Shown: piece after piece, positions 26,487 to 35,630 of the stretch | How the letters are laid out: the number at the start of each line of letters is the position of its first letter | How positions within the stretch are numbered: position 1 is the stretch's first letter | DNA from: an uncultured Solirubrobacteraceae bacterium | Lineage (GTDB): Bacteria; Actinomycetota; Thermoleophilia; Solirubrobacterales; Solirubrobacteraceae | DNA: 64,000 bases | Assembly (NCBI GenBank): GCA_963756465.1 | Contig: CAVWNK010000004.1 | Location: 152,203-216,202, forward strand | Direction: 5' to 3' | The notes under the pieces: model-generated | Seen by the model: only the letters and a program-made list of their open reading frames with translations | Databases searched by the model: none | What the model was told of the DNA's origin: nothing | Made by a program: the position numbers and the translations under genes

Positions 26487-27365
26487 GTGCGGATCGGGAC
26501 GCGCGGGAGCGCGCTGGCGCTGGCCCAGGCCGGCACGGTCGCCGCCTTGCTCGGAGCCGACGCCGAGCTGCTGACGATCACGACGAGCGGCGACAGGGGC
26601 GCGGCCGCCAATGACAAGGAGCGCTGGGTCAAGGAGCTCGAGCTGGCGCTGCTCGCCGGCAAGATCGACCTCGCGGTGCACAGCGCCAAGGATGTCCCGA
26701 GCGTGCTGCCCGAGGGTCTGGAGCTCGTCGGCACGCCGCCGCGCGGCGACCCGTTCGACGCGCTCGCGGGCGCCGCGTCGTTGTCGGAGCTCGCGCCGGG
26801 CGCGCGCGTCGGCACCGCGTCGCTGCGCCGCGCCGCGCAGATCCGCGCGCTGCGCGAGGACGTCGAGATCGTCGTCGTGCGCGGCAACGTCGACACGCGC
26901 CTGCGCACGCTCGAGTCGGGCGCGGTCGACGCGCTCGTGCTCGCGGCCGCGGGTTTGGCCCGGCTCGGGCGCGGCGACGCGATCGGCTGCCTGCTGACCG
27001 AGCTCGTGCCGGCGCCCGGACAGGGGACGCTCGTGCTCGAGGGGCGGATCGGCGACGAACGGGCCGCGGGCGCGGTGCGCGCGATCAGCGACGCCGCGAC
27101 GTGGGACGCGCTGTGCGCCGAGCGCGCGCTCGTCGCGCGCCTGGATGCGACCTGCAACACGCCGCTGGGCGCCTACGCGATGATCGTCGCGGACGGGATC
27201 GTGCTGCGCACGTTCGCCGGCCTGCCCGACGGATCGTCGTGGCTGCGCGACGAGACGCCGCCGGCGGCGACGCCCGGCGAGGCCGGCGCGCTCGCCGCCG
27301 AGCGCCTGCTGGCCGCCGGCGGCGGCGAACTGCTGGCCCGCGCCGAGGAGCTGGCGACGACATGA
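26487..27365 (+). CDS. hemC: Hydroxymethylbilane synthase (porphobilinogen deaminase)
   Basis: VRIGTRGSALALAQA, DLAVHSAKDVP, GNVDTRL. AGGAG lies 8 nt before GTG 26487. Confidence 0.93.
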   Translation: MRIGTRGSALALAQAGTVAALLGADAELLTITTSGDRGAAANDKERWVKELELALLAGKIDLAVHSAKDVPSVLPEGLELVGTPPRGDPFDALAGAASLSELAPGARVGTASLRRAAQIRALREDVEIVVVRGNVDTRLRTLESGAVDALVLAAAGLARLGRGDAIGCLLTELVPAPGQGTLVLEGRIGDERAAGAVRAISDAATWDALCAERALVARLDATCNTPLGAYAMIVADGIVLRTFAGLPDGSSWLRDETPPAATPGEAGALAAERLLAAGGGELLARAEELATT

Positions 27366-28834
27366 CCGTGCACCTGATCGGCGCCGGCCCGGGCGACGCG
27401 GGCCTGATGACCGCGCGCGCGCTGGAGCTGATCGCGCGCGCAGACGTGATCCTCTATGACCGCCTGATCCCCGACGGCGCGCTCGACGGCGCACGCGCAG
27501 ACGCCGTGCAGATCGACGTCGGCAAGGTCGGCGGGGGCGCGCAGGTCCCGCAGGAGGCGACGAACGACCTGCTGGTCGAGCACGGGCGCGCCGGCCGCGA
27601 GGTCGTGCGGCTGAAGGGCGGCGACCCGTTCGTGTTCGGGCGCGGCGGCGAGGAGGCGCAGCTGCTGCGCGGCGCCGGCATCGACTTCACCGTCGTCCCG
27701 GGCGTCACCGCGGGCGTCGCTGCATCGGCGTACGCCGGGATCCCGGTCACGCAGCGCGGGATCGCGGCGGCGGTCGCGTTCGTCACCGGCCACGAGGACC
27801 CCGGCAAGGACGAGACGCAGGTCGACTGGCCCGCGCTCGCCGCCTTCCCGGGCACGCTCGTCTTCTACATGGGCGTGCGCAGGCTCGACCGGATCGCCGC
27901 GCAGCTCGTGGCGGGCGGCCGTCCGCCGAGCGAGCCGGTGGCGATCGTCGAGCGCGGCACGTTCGCCGACCAGCGCACGGTCAGCGGGACGCTCGGCGAC
28001 ATCGCCGCGGTCGCGCGCGCGGCGGGCGTGCGCGCGCCGGCGATCACCGTCGTCGGCGCGGTCGCCGGCCTGCACGACGAGCTCGCCTGGTTTCGCTCCG
28101 GGCCGCTGGCCGGGCGCAGCGTCGTCGTGACGCGCGCACGCGCCCAGGCCAGCGTGCTGGCGCGACGCCTGCGCGCGCTCGGCGCGCGCGTCGTCGAGGC
28201 GCCGGCGATCGCGATCGAGCCGCTGGCGGCGACGCTGCCCGATCTGAGCGGCATCGACCTGCTCTGCGTGACGAGCCCCAACGGCGCTCGCCGCCTGCTC
28301 GAGATCGCCCGCGACGCGCGCGCGCTGGCCGGGCCCGCGATCGCCGCGATCGGGCCGGGAACCGCCGACGCGTTGCGCGCCGGCGGGATCGCGGCCGACA
28401 TCGTGCCGCCGCGCGCGGTCGCCGAGTCGCTCGTCGAGACGCTCGCCGACCGGCGGATCACGCGCGCGCTGATCGTCCGCGCGGAGGTCGCGCGCGACGT
28501 GCTGCCCGCCGCGCTGCGCGAGCGCGGCGCGGAGGTCGAGATCCTGCCTCTGTACCGGACGGTCGCCGCGCCGCTCGCCGACGACGCCCGCGCGGAGGCG
28601 CAGGGCGCCGACTACGTGACGTTCACGTCGGCGTCGTCGGTGCGCTTCTACGTCGAGGCCGCCGGCGCCGGGCGGGTCGGGAGCGCTGGCCAGAGGATCG
28701 TGTCGATCGGGCCGATCACGAGCGACGCGCTGCGCGAGCACGGGCTCGCGCCGGACGTCGAGGCGCAGCAGCACACGCCCGACGGGCTCGTCGCGGCGCT
28801 GCTGGCCGACGTCGCGCCCGGCCAGCAGTTCTGA
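27362..28834 (+). CDS. hemD: Fusion protein: uroporphyrinogen-III C-methyltransferase (CobA/SUMT) plus uroporphyrinogen-III synthase (HemD)
   Basis: N-terminal VHLIGAGPGDAGLMT, VVRLKGGDPFVFGRGGEE. C-terminal half is HemD-like (GRSVVVTRAR...LCVTSPNGA...TFTSASSV). ATGA overlap with hemC. Confidence 0.9.
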   Translation: MTVHLIGAGPGDAGLMTARALELIARADVILYDRLIPDGALDGARADAVQIDVGKVGGGAQVPQEATNDLLVEHGRAGREVVRLKGGDPFVFGRGGEEAQLLRGAGIDFTVVPGVTAGVAASAYAGIPVTQRGIAAAVAFVTGHEDPGKDETQVDWPALAAFPGTLVFYMGVRRLDRIAAQLVAGGRPPSEPVAIVERGTFADQRTVSGTLGDIAAVARAAGVRAPAITVVGAVAGLHDELAWFRSGPLAGRSVVVTRARAQASVLARRLRALGARVVEAPAIAIEPLAATLPDLSGIDLLCVTSPNGARRLLEIARDARALAGPAIAAIGPGTADALRAGGIAADIVPPRAVAESLVETLADRRITRALIVRAEVARDVLPAALRERGAEVEILPLYRTVAAPLADDARAEAQGADYVTFTSASSVRFYVEAAGAGRVGSAGQRIVSIGPITSDALREHGLAPDVEAQQHTPDGLVAALLADVAPGQQF

Positions 28835-28885
28835 GGCGCCTGCCTCGCGGCTACCCGCACGGCGCGACATAGACTCGACGCGCAG

Positions 28886-29683
28886 ATGGCGGTCGTGACG
28901 TTCCTCAGCGACTACGGGCTCGACGACGACTTCGTCGGCGTCTGCCACGGTGTCATCGCGCGGCTCGCGCCGCAGGCGCGGATCATCGACGTCACGCACG
29001 GGATCGAGCGCCACGACGTGCGCACGGGCGCGCTCGTGCTGGCGCGGGCGCTGCCGCACATGCCCGCCGGCGTGCACCTCGCGGTCGTCGATCCCGAGGT
29101 CGGTGCCGAGCGCCGCGCCGTCGCGCTGCGCTGCGCCGGCGAGAGGCGGTTGCTCGTCGGTCCCGACAACGGCCTGCTGTCGCTCGCCGCGACGCGCTTC
29201 GGCGGCGTCGTGGAGGCGGTCGAGATCGGCCGCTCGGCGCTGCGCCTGGAGCCGCTCTCGGCCTCGTTCCACGGCCGCGACGTGTTCGCGCCCGTCGCCG
29301 CCCGCCTCGCCGCCGGGACCGTGCTCGCCGACGCGGGCGAGCCGCTGGACCCCGCCGAGCTCGTGCAGCTCGAGCTGCCGCGCGCCCGCAGGACCGCCGC
29401 CGGCCTGCTCGCGCACGTGCTGCAGGCGGACCGCTACGGCAACATCGTGCTCGACGCCGGGCACGACGACCTCGCCGGCAGCGGGCTGCGGCTCGGCCGC
29501 GCGGTCACGATCAACGGCCGGCCGGCGCTGTTCGCGACGACCTTCGCCGACGTCGCGGACGGCGAGCTGCTGCTGTACGAGGACGGCTACCGCGCCCTGT
29601 CGCTGGCCGTCAACCGCGGCTCGGCGCTGGAGCTGCTCGGCCTGCGCGCCGACGACGAGATCCTGATCGCGCCCGCATCGTGA
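28886..29683 (+). CDS. SAM hydrolase / SAM-dependent halogenase-family protein (DUF62)
   Basis: VTFLSDYGLDDDFVGVCHGVI, VVDPEVG, GPDNGLL, FHGRDVFAP, DRYGN. Confidence 0.85.
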   Translation: MAVVTFLSDYGLDDDFVGVCHGVIARLAPQARIIDVTHGIERHDVRTGALVLARALPHMPAGVHLAVVDPEVGAERRAVALRCAGERRLLVGPDNGLLSLAATRFGGVVEAVEIGRSALRLEPLSASFHGRDVFAPVAARLAAGTVLADAGEPLDPAELVQLELPRARRTAAGLLAHVLQADRYGNIVLDAGHDDLAGSGLRLGRAVTINGRPALFATTFADVADGELLLYEDGYRALSLAVNRGSALELLGLRADDEILIAPAS

Positions 29684-30369
29684 GCCCGCCGCTCGGCGCG
29701 CCGCGGGTGCATCACCGCAGCACCGACTCGACGAGCGACCGGGCGCGGGCGCTCGCGCTCGCCGGCGCGCCGCACGGCACGCTCGTGACCGCCGGCGAGC
29801 AGCGCGCCGGGCGCGGGCGCCAGGGCCGCAGCTGGAGCGCGCCGCCGGGACGCGCGCTGCTGCTGTCGCTCGTGCTGCGCGACTGGCCGGCGCTGCTGCC
29901 GATCGCCGGCGCGGTCGCGGTCGCCGACGTCGCCGGCGCGCGGGCGACGATCAAGTGGCCCAACGACGTGCTGCTCGACGGGCGCAAGCTCGCGGGCGTG
30001 CTCGGCGAGGGCCGCCGGCAGGAGGGCTGGGCGGTGCTCGGGATCGGCCTCAACGTCGCGGTCCGCCACGACGATCTGCCGCCCGAGCTGCGCGATCGCG
30101 CGGCGACGCTGGGCCTCGCGCCGGCGCAGATCGAGGCGACGCTCGACAGGCTGCTGCGGGCGCTCGAGCACCGCCTCGCGCAGCCGACGGCGCAGCTGCT
30201 CGCCGACTATCGCGCCCGCGACGCGCTCACCGGACGCGCGGTGCGCTGGGCGCACGGGACCGGGATCGCGCGCGGCATCGACGACTCGGGACGGTTGCTC
30301 GTCGAGCTCCCCGACGCGACGCGCACCGCGCTCGACGCCGGCGAGGTGCACCTGCAGCAGCCCGCCTGA
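29680..30369 (+). CDS. birA: Biotin--[acetyl-CoA-carboxylase] ligase (no N-terminal HTH)
   Basis: AGEQRAGRGRQGRSWSAPPG and KWPNDVLLDGRKLAGVLGE. GTGA overlap with the upstream gene. Confidence 0.88.
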   Translation: MSPPLGAPRVHHRSTDSTSDRARALALAGAPHGTLVTAGEQRAGRGRQGRSWSAPPGRALLLSLVLRDWPALLPIAGAVAVADVAGARATIKWPNDVLLDGRKLAGVLGEGRRQEGWAVLGIGLNVAVRHDDLPPELRDRAATLGLAPAQIEATLDRLLRALEHRLAQPTAQLLADYRARDALTGRAVRWAHGTGIARGIDDSGRLLVELPDATRTALDAGEVHLQQPA

Positions 30370-30439
30370 GCCTGGATCTCGGTCGCCGAGGCAGACCGCG
30401 TCCAGGCCGGCGCCGGCCCGAAGCTACGCTTCCGGGTCG

Positions 30440-31279
30440 ATGTCGCGCCGCCCGCTCTTCCTGCTGACGCTCGCCCTGGCGAGCGCGCTCGGCGCGCTCG
30501 CCGTCTGGGGTGCGGCATTTCACGTCGTCGGCCTGCGCAGCCTCGACGCCGGCGCGATGCAGGCGTTCACGGGCGTCGCCCGCGTCCCGCTCGAGCCGTC
30601 GATCCGAGGTGTCGCGCGGCTGGCCGATCCGAGCTGGTTTCTGACGGGCTGCGCGCTGCTCACCGCCGTCGCGCTGCTGCGACGGCGCTGGCTGATGGCG
30701 GTCGCCGTCCCGGCGATCCTGCTGAGCGCCAACGCCACGACGCAGCTGCTCAAGCCCGCGCTGGCCGATCCGCGCACGCTCGACCTGCGCGGCGTGGAGA
30801 TGATCTACCACGGCTCGTGGCCGAGCGGTCACTCGACGGCGTCGATGTCGCTGGCGCTGGGCCTCGTGCTCGTCGTCGGCCCGCGGCTGCGACCGCTGGC
30901 AGCGTCGATCGGCGCGGGCTACGCGATCGCGGTCGGCTACGCGCTCGTCGCGCTCGGCTACCACCTGCCCAGCGACGTCTTCGGCGGCTACCTCGTCGCG
31001 GCGACGTTCACGCTCGCCGGCGCCGCCGCGCTGACGGCGCTCGAGGCGCGCGCGCCCGCGCGCGTCGCCCGCGAGCGGACCCGGCGGGCACTCCCCGTTT
31101 CGCAGCTCGCGGCGAGCGGCGGGCTGCTGCTGGCTTGCAGCGCGGCGGCGGTCGTGCTGGGCGCACCCGGGATGACGCTCAACGCACTGCAGCATCCGAG
31201 CGCGATCGCCGCCGGGGCCGCGATCGCCGCGCTCGGCCTGACGCTCACCGCCGGGTTCGCCGTCGTCCTGCGGCGCTGA
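30440..31279 (+). CDS. PAP2-family membrane phosphatase, tandem paralog 1
   Basis: KP.....R, SWPSGHSTASMSLAL, GYHLPSDVFGGYLVA. Confidence 0.8.
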   Translation: MSRRPLFLLTLALASALGALAVWGAAFHVVGLRSLDAGAMQAFTGVARVPLEPSIRGVARLADPSWFLTGCALLTAVALLRRRWLMAVAVPAILLSANATTQLLKPALADPRTLDLRGVEMIYHGSWPSGHSTASMSLALGLVLVVGPRLRPLAASIGAGYAIAVGYALVALGYHLPSDVFGGYLVAATFTLAGAAALTALEARAPARVARERTRRALPVSQLAASGGLLLACSAAAVVLGAPGMTLNALQHPSAIAAGAAIAALGLTLTAGFAVVLRR

Positions 31280-32115
31280 TGGCGCGCGCCCCCGCCGTGC
31301 CGGCGGCGCTCGCCGCCGGCTGCGCGCTCGCCGTCGTGGCGCTGTGGTTCGCCGCCAACGACCTCGCCGCCGGGCGCGAGCTCGACGCGGCCCTCGCCGA
31401 TGCGATCTACAGCGCCTTCGCCGGCTTCAACCAGGAGCTGCTCAAGGGCGCGTCGAGCCTCGGCGACACGCTGCCGATCGCCGTCGGGTCGCTGGCGCTC
31501 GCGGCGCTCGCCTGGCTGCGCGGCGGGCGCCGGCTCGCGCTACTCGTCGCGTTCGTCCTGCTGGCGGGCAACGTCGCCACGCAACTCTCCCAACCGGCGC
31601 TGATCGCCGCCCGTCATGTCGATCTGACGGGGACCGCGATCGAAGGCTCGGGCTCTTGGCCGAGCGGTCATGCGATGGCGGCGATGCTGCTCGCGCTGCT
31701 GGCGATCGTCGTCGCCGGGCCGCGGCTGCGCGTGGTGACCGCGCTTGTCGGGCTCGCCTACGCGCTCGGGCTCGGCGTCGCGATCGTGGCGCTCGGCGGG
31801 CACCTTCCCAGCGACGTCGCCGCGGCGTACCTCGTCGCGGCAGCGTTCACGTTCGCGGGCGCGGCGGTCCACGCGGCGCTGCCCGACGACCGCGCGGCGG
31901 ACGGCGCCCGCAGCCGCTCGCCGCGCGTGGCGCCGGCGCTCGGCGCGCTGGCCGCCGCCGCAGTTCTCGCGAGCGGGATCGGCAAGGCCGTCGTGACGCG
32001 CCGCGACGAGGTCGCGCGGGCGCTCGATCAGGCCCCGCTCGTGCTCGCCGGCGCGGCTGCGCTGACCGTCGCCGTCCTGATCGGCGCCGGCGCCGTGCTC
32101 GTCGCGCGCCGCTGA
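31279..32115 (+). CDS. PAP2-family membrane phosphatase, tandem paralog 2
   Basis: SWPSGHAMAAMLLAL and GGHLPSDVAAAYLVA. ATG 31279 overlaps the stop of paralog 1 (TGATG). Confidence 0.8.
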   Translation: MARAPAVPAALAAGCALAVVALWFAANDLAAGRELDAALADAIYSAFAGFNQELLKGASSLGDTLPIAVGSLALAALAWLRGGRRLALLVAFVLLAGNVATQLSQPALIAARHVDLTGTAIEGSGSWPSGHAMAAMLLALLAIVVAGPRLRVVTALVGLAYALGLGVAIVALGGHLPSDVAAAYLVAAAFTFAGAAVHAALPDDRAADGARSRSPRVAPALGALAAAAVLASGIGKAVVTRRDEVARALDQAPLVLAGAAALTVAVLIGAGAVLVARR

Positions 32116-32164
32116 GCGACGATCCCGCGCGCAAGCCCCCGGCGCCACGCGGCGTTGATCGGTC

Positions 32165-33114
32165 ATGCCGGTCTCCGCCGAGCCGCCCAGCGCGATCGAG
32201 GTTCGCAGCGTCTCGCGCAGGTTCGGCGAGCACGAGGTGCTGCGCGACGTGTCGCTGCGGGTCGCTCCGGGTGAGATCCACGCGCTGCTGGGGCCCAACG
32301 GCGCGGGCAAGACGACGCTGCTGCGAATCCTCTCGGGGCTCGTCGACCCGTCGGCGGGCGCGGTCGAGCTGACGGCACGCCCGGGTCTCGTGCCGTCGGG
32401 CGATCGCACGTTCTATCTGCGCATCTCCGGCCTGGAGAACCTCGTCTTCTTCGCCCGCATGCACGGGCTGCAGCGCGCGCCGAGGCCAAGCGCAGGGCGG
32501 CGCAGGTGCTCGACCTCGTCGGTCTGACGGAGGCGACGCGCCGGCCCGTCGGGCGCTACTCGCACGGTATGCAGAAGCGGCTGTCGTTCGCGCGCGCGCT
32601 GCTCGCCGACCCCGCGCTGCTGCTCGTCGACGAGGCCACCCACGACCTCGACCCGGAGGGCGCCGAGCGCATCCGCCGGCTGACGTCGCAGCTCGCCGCG
32701 CGCGGCGCGGCGATCCTCTGGACGACGCAGCGCATCGAGGAGATCCGCGGCTTCGCGGACGCGATCACGTTCCTGCACGACGGCAAGGTCCGCTTCGCGG
32801 GGTCGGTGCCGCAGATGATCGCGCGCGGCGACGCGTCGCCGCGCTACGTCCTGCGCGTGCGCAACGGCCGCCCGGACGTGGCGCCGGCGCCGGCGGCGCT
32901 GCAGCAGGCGGTCGGCGCCGGCGCCGTGATCGCGGCCGGCGACGGCAGCGGCGAGCACTTCCTGCTGGCGCCGCGCGACGGGACGACGCTCGGGGCCGCG
33001 ATCGCGGCGCTCGCCGGCGCGGGCTACGACGTGCTCTCCTGCCGCCAGGAGCGCTCGGAGGTCGAGGAGGCCTTCCTTGCGCTGACGGCCGACGACGGGG
33101 CGGCGGACGGATGA
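32165..33114 (+). pseudogene. ABC transporter ATP-binding protein split by a frameshift in a (GC)4 run at ~32473-32481
   Basis: ORF 32165..32527 carries Walker A ([14 protein letters not shown]). ORF 32506..33114 carries the signature and Walker B (YSHGMQKRLSFARA, LLLVDEATHDLD). The second frame reads back to ...[16 protein letters not shown], so the two halves form one gene. Confidence 0.8.
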
Positions 33115-33938
33115 CCGCCGCCGCGCTGACCGAGGCCGGCAAGGTCGGCGCGTTCGTCCGCCGCGACCTGCTGATCGCCTGGAGCTACCGGCTCGCGTTC
33201 GTCACCGACGTCGTGAGCATGGCCGCGCAAGCGTTCGTCTTCTCGATCGTCGGGCAGCTCGTCGACCCGGCGCGGCTGCCCTCCTACGACGGCTCGCCGA
33301 CGACCTACATGGAGTTCGTCGCGATCGGCCTCGTCCTGAACCTCGTCATCACGCTGCTGCTCGATCGCGTCGCCAACGCGATCCGCCAGGAGCAGGTGAT
33401 CGGCACGCTCGAGTCGCTGCTGACGACGCCGACCCGGACGGCGACGATCCAGATCGGCTCGGCGGCGTTCGAGTTTTTGTGGGTGCCGGTGCGCGCGACC
33501 GTGTTCCTGCTGGCGATCGCGCTGGGATTCGGGCTGGACCTGCACGTCAGCGGGATCCTGCCGGCGGCGGTCATCCTGCTGGCGTTCGTGCCGTTCGTGT
33601 GGGGGCTCGGCCTCGTGAGCGCGGCGACGATGCTGACGTTCCGCCGCGGCGGCGGCGGCGCGGCCGCGATCGCGGCGCTGCTGGGCCTCGCGTCGGGCGC
33701 CTTCTTCCCCGTCGATCTGCTGCCCGGCTGGCTGAGCTGGACGACCGCCGTCAACCCGATCGCGATCGCGCTGGAGGGGATCCGCGAGAGCCTGCTCGGC
33801 GGCGCCGACTGGACGCAGGCCGGGCCCGCCGTCCTGACGCTGACACCGCTGGCCGGCGCCGCGCTGGCGGCGGGCGTGCTCGCGTTCAGGCTCGCGCTCA
33901 GGCGTGAGCGGCGACTCGGAACGCTGGGCCTGTACTGA
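33111..33938 (+). CDS. ABC-2 type transporter permease
   Basis: 275 aa with six hydrophobic helices. N-terminus FVRRDLLIAWSYRLAF is typical of ABC-2 permeases. ATGA overlap with the ATPase. Confidence 0.8.
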   Translation: MTAAALTEAGKVGAFVRRDLLIAWSYRLAFVTDVVSMAAQAFVFSIVGQLVDPARLPSYDGSPTTYMEFVAIGLVLNLVITLLLDRVANAIRQEQVIGTLESLLTTPTRTATIQIGSAAFEFLWVPVRATVFLLAIALGFGLDLHVSGILPAAVILLAFVPFVWGLGLVSAATMLTFRRGGGGAAAIAALLGLASGAFFPVDLLPGWLSWTTAVNPIAIALEGIRESLLGGADWTQAGPAVLTLTPLAGAALAAGVLAFRLALRRERRLGTLGLY

Positions 33939-35008
33939 TGCGCTGGGAACGCGTCGAGGCGCTCGTCGAGCGCGCGCCGCAGCTCTCGGACCTGCAGCTG
34001 CACGGGCTCGATCTCGTCGCCGCGCAGCGACTGCGCGCGCGCGGCGCCGAGCTGCCGCCGGCGCTGCTCGCCCACGTCCGCGTCGCGGCCGCGATCGCGC
34101 TGGCGGCACCCGTGCTGCTGCGCCGCGCCCGCACCGCCTACGACGGTCGCCTGCTGCTGTTCAAGGGACCGGAGGTCGCCGCGCGCTACCCCGACCCGGC
34201 GATGCGCAACTACTCCGACCTCGACCTGCTCGCCGACGACGCGCCGGCGGCACAGCGGGCGCTGCTGGCGGCGGGGTTCGTGCGCACGGGGCTGTGGGCG
34301 CCCCATATCGACGTCCACCACCTGCAGCCGCTGGCCTGGCCGGGGCTGCCGATCGCGGTCGAACTGCACGCCTATCCGCACGTGCCGGCCGGCCTGCGAC
34401 CGCCGCCGACGCGGGAGCTGCTCGCGACGGCGGTGCCGTCGTGCTTCGCCGCGGACGTCGTCGAAACGCTCGCCCCGGCGGAGCACACGCTCGTCGTCGC
34501 CGCACACGCCTGGGCACACGACGCGCTCGCGAACATCGGGCAGCTGCTCGATGTCGCGCTGCTCGCCTCGCAGACCGACCGGCCGACGCTGCGCGCGCTC
34601 GCCGCGCGCTGGGGCTGGCAGCGGCTGTGGCGCGCCACGGAGGCGACGCTGGAGGCGCTGTTCGACGACGGCCGGCCGCCCGCGGCACAGCGCCTCTGCG
34701 CCCCCCATCTGCGCGCGGCACGCGAGCGCACGCTGCTGGAGCGTCACGTCGCCGAGCTCGCCGGCCCGGCGTTCGGCCTCCCGCCACGGCGCGCCGCGCT
34801 GGAGTCCGCGCGCGTGCTGCGACGCCGCATCCTGCCGGGCCCGGAGGAGACCTGGCGGCGCAAGGCGCGCCGCGCCCGGCGTGCGCTGCGCCATCGCGGC
34901 CTGCGCCACAGCGAGCACGACGCCCGCCTGCCGAGCGAGGATCTGCAGATCGGCGCGATCCCCGGCCTCGAGCGCGCGCCCGTCCCCGAGCCGCGAGGCC
35001 GCCCATGA
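33938..35008 (+). CDS. Uncharacterized nucleotidyltransferase family (PF14907-like), putative RiPP tailoring enzyme
   Basis: LLLFKGPEVAARYPDPAMRNYSDLDLLADDAPAAQRALLAAGF and VELHAYP. TGATG overlap with the permease. Confidence 0.7.
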   Translation: MRWERVEALVERAPQLSDLQLHGLDLVAAQRLRARGAELPPALLAHVRVAAAIALAAPVLLRRARTAYDGRLLLFKGPEVAARYPDPAMRNYSDLDLLADDAPAAQRALLAAGFVRTGLWAPHIDVHHLQPLAWPGLPIAVELHAYPHVPAGLRPPPTRELLATAVPSCFAADVVETLAPAEHTLVVAAHAWAHDALANIGQLLDVALLASQTDRPTLRALAARWGWQRLWRATEATLEALFDDGRPPAAQRLCAPHLRAARERTLLERHVAELAGPAFGLPPRRAALESARVLRRRILPGPEETWRRKARRARRALRHRGLRHSEHDARLPSEDLQIGAIPGLERAPVPEPRGRP

Positions 35009-35277
35009 CCGAGCCGGTGTGGCGGCTGCGCGCGGACGGGCTGGACTGGCGCGTCGTCGACGGCGAGGCCGTGATCCTCGACGCCGAGCGCTCCGCCTAC
35101 AACGCGACCAACGCCAGCGGGACCGTGCTGTGGACGCGCCTGCAGCACGGCGCGACGCGCTCCGAGCTCGTCGCCGCCCTCAGCGCGCGCTTCGCGATCG
35201 AGCGCGCACGCGCGGAGGCCGACGTCGACGCGTTCCTGGCCGATCTGCGCAGCCGCGGGCTGCTCGTCCGGTCGTGA
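35005..35277 (+). CDS. PqqD-family RiPP recognition element (lasso B1)
   Basis: 90 aa: VDGEAVILDAERSAYNATNASGTVLWTRLQHGATRSELVAALSARFAI...VDAFLADLRSRGLL. ATGA overlap. Confidence 0.85.
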   Translation: MTEPVWRLRADGLDWRVVDGEAVILDAERSAYNATNASGTVLWTRLQHGATRSELVAALSARFAIERARAEADVDAFLADLRSRGLLVRS

Positions 35278-35630
35278 GACGGCCGCCTTCGATCGCGACC
35301 CTGCGCGCCGCCTGGTGGGCGCACCGCGCGCTGCGCGACGCGCGCCGCCAGCTCCCCCGGCGCCCGCTCGACGAGGTGACGCTGGCGTCCCCGCCGCCGC
35401 TGCCGGCGGATGCCGTCCGCGGCGTCCGCGCCCTGCTCGCGCGGCGCCCGCACAGCTGCCTGGAAGGGGCGCTCGTGCTGCAGCGCTGGCTCGCCGCCTA
35501 CGGCGAGCCGCGCGACGTCGTGATCGGCGTCGTCGCGCCCGGCGAGGCATTCGGCGCGCACGCCTGGATCGACGGCGATCCGGCCGCAGCCGCCGAGCCG
35601 TTCGTCGAGCTGTGCCGCGTGCACCCGTGA
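35274..35630 (+). CDS. Transglutaminase-like cysteine protease (lasso leader peptidase B2)
   Basis: 118 aa with a Cys/His/Asp arrangement: SCLEGALVLQRWLAAYG...VIGV...FGAHAWIDGD. GTGA overlap. Confidence 0.8.
   Translation: MRRPPSIATLRAAWWAHRALRDARRQLPRRPLDEVTLASPPPLPADAVRGVRALLARRPHSCLEGALVLQRWLAAYGEPRDVVIGVVAPGEAFGAHAWIDGDPAAAAEPFVELCRVHP

Noticed and set aside
25000-29464. Three long - strand ORFs (25000..26346, 25500..27494, 27173..29464) across the hem operon
   Set aside because: They are antisense shadows of hemA, hemC, cobA-hemD and the DUF62 gene, with extreme Arg/Ala/Asp composition and no motifs.
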